Shown here: positions 27,601 through 33,531 of the stretch, one piece after another
How the letters are laid out: every line of letters starts with the position of its first letter
Numbering within the stretch: the first letter of the stretch is position 1
NCBI GenBank assembly: GCA_017935525.1
Contig: JAGBHJ010000122.1
Coordinates: 1 to 33,531, forward strand
Direction of reading: 5' to 3'
Source: Clostridia bacterium
Lineage (GTDB): Bacteria; Bacillota; Clostridia; HGM11327
Length of the DNA: 33,531 nucleotides
Made by a program: the position numbers and the translations under genes
The notes under the pieces: model-generated
Seen by the model: only the letters and a program-made list of their open reading frames with translations
Database searches by the model: none
What the model was told of the DNA's origin: nothing

Positions 27601-30600
27601 CCCTCTGCAATAACCGGAGGCTGTGCAATAGCCGCGCCGTCGCTGCCGATGATCTTTGTTACCTCGTAATCTACCACAAGTGTACCGTCGCCGTCGTCAG
27701 TTACGTCCAGCTTGATCTGATATACGGAGCCATCATACTTCAGCGCAACGTTCTTTCCATCAAAGGGATCTGCGACCTCCTTCAGCGTGTAGTAGAATGT
27801 CTTGCCTACCGCAGCGCCGTTGGTGTTGTCGATCTGGATGGTTACCTTTGCTTCGCCGTTTGCATCTGTTACAACGTAATCGCCAACTCTTACGTTGTTC
27901 TCATCGTAAAGACCGAATACAAAGCCTTCCTTTGTCAAGCCGTTAGGCAATGTAACGTCGGACGTTACAGTCTTGTCGATGGTGATAGCAAATGTCTCAT
28001 CCTCTGCAACGTAGTCGTTGTTAAAGATGATAGCGCCGTCAACCGTGCCGTTGATGGTCTTTACAACGTTCAACGTACCGTCACCGTTGTCAGAAAGAGT
28101 TACCTGAACTCTGTACTCCGTGGAGTCGTATGTTACGCCGTCGATAGTCTGGCCTGCGTTCTTTTCCACTATTACGTAGTAGAAGCTGCGGCCTGCGTTT
28201 ACATCGTCGATATCATACTGGATAGCGTCAAATGCGAATCTACCGTTAGCGTTTACCTTTGCTGTAAGTACGGGTGTAAGTCCGTCGATGGACCAGTTGC
28301 TGCCCGTTCTGTAAAGCAGGATCTCAAACTCGTCCGCTGTGATATCTCTGCCGTCAAGCTCCTTAAGGCCTCGGAAGAGTGCCACGCCCGTAGCGTCGTA
28401 TTCGTTTGTAAATACTATGCCAACGTCTGCATGAGTTGATATTGCGCCCTTCTTTACCACGCTTTCGATAGAAGCCTCAGCGCCGTTGCTCTGTGCATAC
28501 TGTGCAGGGGAAACCTTTACAGTTACCTGCCACTCAGCGGGGTCGTATGTCACACCGGGAAGAGTGCCCTGTTTCTCCTTTACTACAAAGTAGTAATAAG
28601 TTTCCTGCATATTCTCCAACTGCAGGGGGTTGGATGTGATGTTAAAGGAACCATCAGCATCGTTTGTTACCGTTTTTACAGGAGCGTTGCCTGTGATGTT
28701 GAACTGGCTGTCAGCCTCCCAAAGCTCAAACTCAAACTCGCCTGCAAGAGGTCTTCTGCCCGTCATCTCCTTGATGCCGCCGATCTCAACCGTGGGTTCT
28801 CCGGGGTTAAATACGTTGTTAAACGCAAATTCCAATTCCTCGGCGTTTTCAACCGCCTGTGTCAGCTTGTTGTCAAGCATAGCGGAGATCGTGCCGTCGC
28901 CGTTATCCACAGCAGTTACGGAGAATACATGCTCCGTCGTGTCGTATGTGATAGCGGAAATTCCACCGCGGAGCTCCTTGATGCCGTAGTAATACGTCTT
29001 GCAAATATCTGCCGCCGTTACGGATAATGTTGCGTCGATCTCGCCGTCAGCATCGGAGGTTACAGTTGTAATCAAGCTGCCGAATTCGTACTCACCGCCT
29101 ACTACGTTTACGTTGTAAATACCGAATTCAAAGCCCTCCAGGCTAAGGCCAAACTCATCAAGGTTACTGATGGGAGCGCCGCTTTCGTCAAGGATATTCT
29201 TCTGGATGTGGAGCATTGCCGTTGCAGAGCCTGTTGCAGCGTATGTGTTTGTGTATTCTGCCTCAATAACGAACTTGTTGTTTGTTTTCGTTACTGTTGC
29301 GTGAGAGTTTGTTTCGTACACGTCAACGATCTCGTACTGACCGTTCATGTCCCTGTCATCCACAACGATATAGAAGTAGAATACATTGGGGTTGTACGTA
29401 ACGCCGCCGATGGTGCCGGAGATCTCTGTTACGCGGTAAGTATAAGTACCTGCCTTTGTAAACTCAAGATCCTGGAGAGGTACGGAGAAGTCAACTGTCT
29501 TGTTGCTTGACGTTGCCGGAAGAAGTTGTCCAATCATCTGGTACTGACCGTCTGACATACGTCTTTCAAACCTAAAGAAGAATCTGTCATCATCCTTCCA
29601 CTCTCTGCCCTCAAGGTTCTTTGTAATATACAGCTCTACGTTTTCGGGAGAAACCCTTGTAGGCTGGTATACGTTTGTAATAGTTACCTTGTTTACTATT
29701 TGGTCAGAAACCGTAGTTGTGTTGATCGACGTAATGTTTATCCAACCGTTTGACGATACGTTTTCAACCATGGGAACTGAGCCTGCGCTTATTTCCTCAA
29801 CCGTTACCTTTGTACCAACGGGGATATCCTTAAGAACTGCCTGCTGTGATGACGCAAGCTCAAAGTTAACGGTGTAATTGCCACTGTTGTCGGTATTTAC
29901 CTGGAGTGTCTTATCAGTTCCGCCAACGTTTGCCGTTATTCCTGCGCTCAGATCACCTCCGACAACGCCGGTAGTATCAAGTGTTACTCTGAAACCGAAC
30001 ATCAACTGATCCAGCGCGTCCGTTGTGATACCGCCATCGGGGATATCTGTGATCTTTTCAATAATAACGTCGTTGTTCTCAACGTATTCGTTAGTAAACT
30101 CTACCTTAGCAATCCATTCACCAAGCAGTACCGTAGCAGTGTTGCCGTTTGCAGTTGCATTAGCAGCATTGGATGCTTCAACCTCAACGCATGCGTACTC
30201 GGAGTTCTGCGGGAGCACCTCTGTTACGTTATACTCACGACCTGCCACCAGGCCTACGATAAAGAACCTCTCGTTTGCGCCCAGAGTAACCGTTACCACT
30301 CCGTTTGCGTTGGATGTAACAGAGCCTTCCGTTACGTTGCCGTCAACGTCTGTCTTTGCAGACTTATATACCGTGTTTGCATCCAAGCCTGTGATCTCAA
30401 AGTCAAAGGAAGGATTACCGATAACTTCCAAAACGTTCTTTATGATCTCTATACCTGTGGAAGGTGTTACCCTCAGTAAACCGTTGTTACCAAGAGCTAC
30501 GTACTCGTGGAAGTGCTCAATGTTACCCTCTGTATGGTTTTCGGAATAGCTGTAAGCGTGCTCCTCAAGAGAACCTGTAACGTTGGTGATCTTATCATGA

Positions 30601-33068
30601 TCCAGCATGCTGATAGCAGGGTAGTTAACGCCATTCTTAAGATACCAGTTGCCTCCCTGTTCCATAAAGTTATCGTTACCCTGTGCAAGGAGTATCGGGC
30701 TTACGGGGAAGTACGCATAGCTTCTTTCCCAAGTACCACCTACATTGGCAAACATAGCAGATCTGGTGTAGTATGTACCGCTTGCATCAGGTGTACCCGC
30801 AGAAGCCGAATAAGGAACGTAGCCGTTTGCAGTCTCTGTGTACAGAAGGAGATCCTCTGTTGCGTAGTATCTGTCGTTCTCAGTGTTAGGCACAAACCAG
30901 GAATGAGTATTTATCTTTTCGGTCTGTGTCTGGTTCCACTCGTTGGTATAGAAGCGGTACTCTTCGTTTGCATGATTATGTCGGTCTAACTTTTCTACTA
31001 TATTATATACGTTGATATCCTCTCTGAGACCAACCTCAAAGAGCAATCTGATAGGCTCTGCAGCCTCATACTCAACTGTGATAGTACCGGGGTCGTCAAG
31101 GCTGGAGCCCGTCATCTTGATGTTGTAGTGTGCCGTAGGCAACAAGGATGCGGGAACCTTCCAGATAACCTCCTGCTTGCCATTTAGCAGATCTGTTCTT
31201 ACCTGCACAACGCAGAAAAGCATGTTTGATTCCAGCTCTGCAACGGGGTCAATATAACCGTAGGACTTAACCGCGTATCTTGCCTGTGTAAGCACAGAAT
31301 CCTCAGCAGCAAAGTCTTCGTCGTAGAAGCTAAGGTAGTTGCCGTTTACATCTGCATACCAGCCGATGTAGTTGCTGTAAAGGGACTCGCCGTCTACCTC
31401 CTGGTAGTGGAGCTGCTTATACTCCTTTGCCAGCTTTACAAGAGCGATTGCTTCGGTCCTTTCAAGACCAAGTCTTGTTTCAACCGCATTGATAAACTCC
31501 TCGCCGTATGCTGTCAGAGTGCCGTCAAGGTCGCCCAGGTCATAATGGTGCGAGAAGGAAACGTCGCCCTCTGCAAAGCTCATGGAAAGAGCCGCACCTG
31601 TGTAGAGCACGTCACCGATAACAAGACCCTTAACGTCCTTAACGTCCATATACTCGCCGATGGTGTCGGTAAACGTTACGTAGCCGTCAAAGTCTTCGCC
31701 GTTTGTGCCGATGGCAGTCAAGGAATATCTTGTCTGCAGGGCGATATCATCAAGGATAGCTTCAAACATGGAAGTGATCTGATCACTTGTAGGTGCGTTG
31801 TTGTACAGCTTAACGTAATTATCAGAATCGTCAACAGGGAACACCTTTGTGCTGTTGCTTCTGATGCCTGCGCTGATGGACCATGTTCTTGAGTTGTCTC
31901 TGTTGCCTTCTCTCCATGTGGAGGTGATGTTCATCGTAGATGCGGTGATGCTCTTAATGGTTTCCCAGTAAGCGTCAATAGTCGTATTCGTTACGCCGTT
32001 GGGGTTAAGAACGGATTCAGAAATATCGTCGCTGTCACCAAAGCCCATTGTGTAGAAAAGAGCGTCCTCGCCGTATGCCTCTTTTACTCTGTGCTTTGCG
32101 TAAGCCGCTGTCAGCTGTGTTACAAAGTCAAGCTCATCCTGATATACTGCAGATGAGTTTGAGTTACCCGTACCCATGTCAGTATCATCGCTGTCTGCAG
32201 GAGGATTTGCCCAGTCGGAATCCGCATACGTAACAACGCCGTCAGTCATAAGCACCATAACAGGTGTGCGGTTGGTCTTGCCGGAAGCCGCTACCAAAGC
32301 ATCAGCCGCAGCATCGATACCGGACTGAATGTACGTACCGCCGACAACCTCACGGGATGTCTGTGAAACGGTGTTGCCGTTCAGCACCTTAAGACCCTGT
32401 GCAGTTCTGATATAAACCGAGTCATCGCTGAACCAGCCACCATCCTCAACGTCAACTATAAAGTATGCTCCGTTGCTGCCGGATGCATCGTATGAGTTGA
32501 GGGGGAGTATTGTGGATGCGTAGCTTGCATAAAGCACAACACCTACTCTGTTGTTGGGGTTCAACGTAAAGAGTCTTGCCATGGATGTGTTCAACGCGGT
32601 GATCATGTTTTCTACTGCGGTAGGCTCATCCAGCATGGAGCCGGAAACGTCCAGCACGAATATAGTATCCGTAGGCTGTGATTCCTGTCCGTAAACAGAC
32701 TTTGTTGCACCCATTGCAGACAAAGCAACAATAAAGCTGTCAGTATCCACCAAGCCAAGCTTCAGCTTTCTGATGCTGGTTCTGATGGCAGCAAGCTCTG
32801 CTGCATCTGCGCCTGTAAAGACGGACTTATCCGTCCATACAGTACCTGCGTTAACTGTTGAATTTTCGCTAAAAAGAGTCTTCCACTCGTCCCACGTTAC
32901 CGGGTCGGCGTCCTTTTGAACGTTGCCTCCCCAGCCCGCCTGGCTGGATGACGTTACTGCCTTTGCAGACCCAAGGGGCACTGTGATGTGCATGAATGAC
33001 AACGCCATGGCAAACACCAGGACAAGTGAGATGAATCTCCTTGTGCGGTTCATCATGTTCTTAAACAT
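24603..33068 (-). CDS. giant (2,821 aa) cell-surface adhesin/pilin-like protein: signal peptide, vWA domain, Cna-B-like domain, about 13 Spy0128-type isopeptide domains, C-terminal TM anchor
   Basis: I trimmed the track ORF to ATG 33068 (MFKNMMNRTRRF...), which has an AAGGAGA SD. The signal peptide ends at AKA-V. MIDAS elements are DVSGS (about 32637-32651) and LMTDG. Recurring domain signatures are G.K.L.GR.L..GEFEF..., Y.V.E..G...GVTYD and F.N.Y. The tail is IYTWLILAILSFFGLVLTFVYDPKRRKFVHKH. Confidence 0.9.
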   Translation of the reverse strand: MFKNMMNRTRRFISLVLVFAMALSFMHITVPLGSAKAVTSSSQAGWGGNVQKDADPVTWDEWKTLFSENSTVNAGTVWTDKSVFTGADAAELAAIRTSIRKLKLGLVDTDSFIVALSAMGATKSVYGQESQPTDTIFVLDVSGSMLDEPTAVENMITALNTSMARLFTLNPNNRVGVVLYASYASTILPLNSYDASGSNGAYFIVDVEDGGWFSDDSVYIRTAQGLKVLNGNTVSQTSREVVGGTYIQSGIDAAADALVAASGKTNRTPVMVLMTDGVVTYADSDWANPPADSDDTDMGTGNSNSSAVYQDELDFVTQLTAAYAKHRVKEAYGEDALFYTMGFGDSDDISESVLNPNGVTNTTIDAYWETIKSITASTMNITSTWREGNRDNSRTWSISAGIRSNSTKVFPVDDSDNYVKLYNNAPTSDQITSMFEAILDDIALQTRYSLTAIGTNGEDFDGYVTFTDTIGEYMDVKDVKGLVIGDVLYTGAALSMSFAEGDVSFSHHYDLGDLDGTLTAYGEEFINAVETRLGLERTEAIALVKLAKEYKQLHYQEVDGESLYSNYIGWYADVNGNYLSFYDEDFAAEDSVLTQARYAVKSYGYIDPVAELESNMLFCVVQVRTDLLNGKQEVIWKVPASLLPTAHYNIKMTGSSLDDPGTITVEYEAAEPIRLLFEVGLREDINVYNIVEKLDRHNHANEEYRFYTNEWNQTQTEKINTHSWFVPNTENDRYYATEDLLLYTETANGYVPYSASAGTPDASGTYYTRSAMFANVGGTWERSYAYFPVSPILLAQGNDNFMEQGGNWYLKNGVNYPAISMLDHDKITNVTGSLEEHAYSYSENHTEGNIEHFHEYVALGNNGLLRVTPSTGIEIIKNVLEVIGNPSFDFEITGLDANTVYKSAKTDVDGNVTEGSVTSNANGVVTVTLGANERFFIVGLVAGREYNVTEVLPQNSEYACVEVEASNAANATANGNTATVLLGEWIAKVEFTNEYVENNDVIIEKITDIPDGGITTDALDQLMFGFRVTLDTTGVVGGDLSAGITANVGGTDKTLQVNTDNSGNYTVNFELASSQQAVLKDIPVGTKVTVEEISAGSVPMVENVSSNGWINITSINTTTVSDQIVNKVTITNVYQPTRVSPENVELYITKNLEGREWKDDDRFFFRFERRMSDGQYQMIGQLLPATSSNKTVDFSVPLQDLEFTKAGTYTYRVTEISGTIGGVTYNPNVFYFYIVVDDRDMNGQYEIVDVYETNSHATVTKTNNKFVIEAEYTNTYAATGSATAMLHIQKNILDESGAPISNLDEFGLSLEGFEFGIYNVNVVGGEYEFGSLITTVTSDADGEIDATLSVTAADICKTYYYGIKELRGGISAITYDTTEHVFSVTAVDNGDGTISAMLDNKLTQAVENAEELEFAFNNVFNPGEPTVEIGGIKEMTGRRPLAGEFEFELWEADSQFNITGNAPVKTVTNDADGSFNITSNPLQLENMQETYYYFVVKEKQGTLPGVTYDPAEWQVTVKVSPAQYAQSNGAEASIESVVKKGAISTHADVGIVFTNEYDATGVALFRGLKELDGRDITADEFEILLYRTGSNWSIDGLTPVLTAKVNANGRFAFDAIQYDIDDVNAGRSFYYVIVEKNAGQTIDGVTYDSTEYRVQVTLSDNGDGTLNVVKTINGTVDGAIIFNNDYVAEDETFAITIDKTVTSDVTLPNGLTKEGFVFGLYDENNVRVGDYVVTDANGEAKVTIQIDNTNGAAVGKTFYYTLKEVADPFDGKNVALKYDGSVYQIKLDVTDDGDGTLVVDYEVTKIIGSDGAAIAQPPVIAEGVLSDNTNVSVAFENVYDPSNVYFTVAGHKTLIGKAVEAGEFEFGIWKAEVRGSQWIKVGDAVDTAFNDKDGEFRLDLTTEPDEGKIYYVIIEEIIPATKLDYITYDTSRYLISYTLNHVDGVYGINTIKVTKETVEGGNTVQTEINVPGAFDPNNPVYVIDFVNTYTPEPIDVVIEGTKELIGRELEDGEFTFQLKNLSGSVLDTADNGAANANNIAGFEFAPRQYTHAGVYTYTVNEVKGNIGGVTYDETVYTVVVTITDNGDGTLSSSVDYTVGNEEKTELAFVNEYDAEDLDIDGLVSIKKLISNPQGVNHNVTPEGFKFGLYDASGALVGTYAVTDDNGEASFDIQLKAEDAGRTLVYTVKEYVSSFEGVNRYLQYDESQYTISITVIDNLDGTLGYSMEIKKTVDANGDAFPAPVAINGTELEFTNVYDPSTIDVALRGIKTLTGRDLKANEFEFAIFEATVNGDTWTEGSMIDSGKNDADGYFDVEIEMAASLGQKYYYIVRELIPTDKLGGVAYDETRYLFEVTIGEKFIGGVDTGEIGVAEVICYKETADGTRTLIDIPEQFDPNNPVYAITFNNVYTPKYLEVPIYATKNILGRHFLDSDVFTFKIEVEGEEPSVYVLQNIDADSSIEFLIEKLGFTKAEDIVVTISEVSGTIGGMTYDETIYTVEISVTDDGEGNLSADVMYYVGNDRATEIEFTNKYKATTPAEITLFGHKTLVGKILEANMFEFILANNEGYTDEVTNAAPGPDGKGKFEFATLTFDEVGTYYYTVTETEGNMPGVEYDGREYTVIITVTDNLDGTLSATASYGVENSSANSIEFENTYDKHNDPTIPKPTITVEIQGIKEFKGNSLDAGDFEFVLKDKDGKVIQKVTNTAEGNFKFTLEGLEVGVYEFTMNELKGKDVHVIYDETVYTVVITVAESDVTEDELVATTKINGKALGEVEVKFVNVYDPELGEAPIYTWLILAILSFFGLVLTFVYDPKRRKFVHKH

Positions 33069-33224
33069 AATACATCTCCTTATTCTTATCTTATAAAAAA
33101 CATCAAAAGACATTTTCGCAGAAAATATAAAGTAATCATGAGTGAGTGCCGATTTTCAAACCGTTACAAAACGTAACATCATGTTTTTGAGAAAATCTGC
33201 TCGTCCCCCTCATAATCCATGGTT

Positions 33225-33254
33225 ATTATACCATATTTGTGGCACTCTTGTCAA
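33225..33254 (-). promoter_or_regulatory. promoter of the giant surface-protein gene
   Basis: The minus strand reads TTGACA (33254-33249), an 18-nt spacer, then TATAAT (33230-33225), preceded by TGg. A second candidate further upstream reads TTGACA (33320-33315), a 17-nt spacer, then TAAATT (33297-33292). Confidence 0.6.
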
Positions 33255-33434
33255 TAGTTTTTTTGCAAAAAACACGGGCCTGCCCCAAAAAAATTTATAT
33301 TTGGTTCACATTACTGTCAAGCACACTTTGTGCCCCCATGCCCAACGTAACAAAACGTTACATTGCTTACCATAATTTGTCACCACAACTGTAACAACAA
33401 ATTCACAGGGATATATATATATTTATATATGTAT

Positions 33435-33472
33435 AAAAACAAAAAGGGCCGAGTCTTGTAGGACTCAGCCCT
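33435..33472 (-). terminator. rho-independent terminator of a minus-strand gene lying beyond the right edge
   Basis: Stem 33446-33455 pairs with 33462-33471 (one mismatch) around a 6-nt loop. TTTTTGTTTTT follows on the minus strand. Confidence 0.7.
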
Positions 33473-33531
33473 CTCTGTAATAATTTAGGAGTATATCCAT
33501 GCGTATAGCATCAATTCACATATACGATGTA

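Noticed and set aside
33163-33361. The CGTWAC-AAAA-CGTWAC sites as CcpA cre boxes.
   Set aside because: The half-site spacing does not fit the 14-bp cre consensus (TGWNANCGNTNWCA). When aligned on the central CG, the flanking TG and CA positions fall out of register.
33409-33436. An AT-dinucleotide-rich low-complexity run (ATATATATATATTTATATATGTATA).
   Set aside because: It is short and lies in the AT-rich spacer between an upstream terminator and the adhesin regulatory region. It has no repeat-unit structure beyond simple sequence, so I did not treat it as a functional element.
33485-33531. A possible 3' end of a minus-strand CDS at the right edge (...HRICELMLYAWIYS-stop).
   Set aside because: Only 15 codons are visible, so it cannot be identified. 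Its existence is merely suggested by the terminator at 33435-33472.

Overview
The window is almost entirely minus-strand coding and looks like a Firmicutes/Clostridia genome; that origin is inferred from gene content, SD sequences and TTGACA/TATAAT promoters. I see no rRNA, tRNA, CRISPR array, transposase or recombinase.

- **1-6.6 kb, core pyrimidine operon:** The order is pyrC-carA-carB-pyrK-pyrD, with pyrD partial. The CarA homolog has lost the Cys and His of its glutaminase triad.
- **6.8-14.2 kb, paralog array (most unusual structure):** Six head-to-tail paralogs of about 400 aa encode a cytoplasmic protein I cannot assign to a named family. It resembles a TIM-barrel glycosidase and carries an invariant GDEP motif. 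The array has one promoter and one terminator. The promoter-proximal copy is cut by a single in-frame TAA, and two copies show mosaic nucleotide identity.
- **14.4-17.1 kb:** An AT3 acyltransferase, a Cof-type HAD phosphatase and a uridine-kinase-family protein, each with a clear promoter and/or terminator.
- **17.2-23.5 kb, cassette bounded by inverted repeats:** It contains an operon (beta-helix GH28-like protein, GH172/DUF2961, SGNH esterase) and a 740-aa lipoprotein that resembles a solute-binding protein but has no permease genes nearby. Inverted copies of about 213 bp bracket the cassette. Each copy carries that lipoprotein gene's promoter, leader and signal peptide, and one copy is a decayed 39-codon relic.
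- **23.7-33.1 kb:** A YwaF/TMEM164-like membrane protein, then a 2,821-aa surface protein. The surface protein has a signal peptide, a vWA domain with a complete MIDAS motif, a Cna-B-like domain and about 13 Spy0128-type isopeptide domains. Its C-terminal TM/KRRK tail has no LPXTG motif, and two copies of a dyad motif lie in its upstream region.

All functional calls come from reading the translations by eye; no database search was possible.
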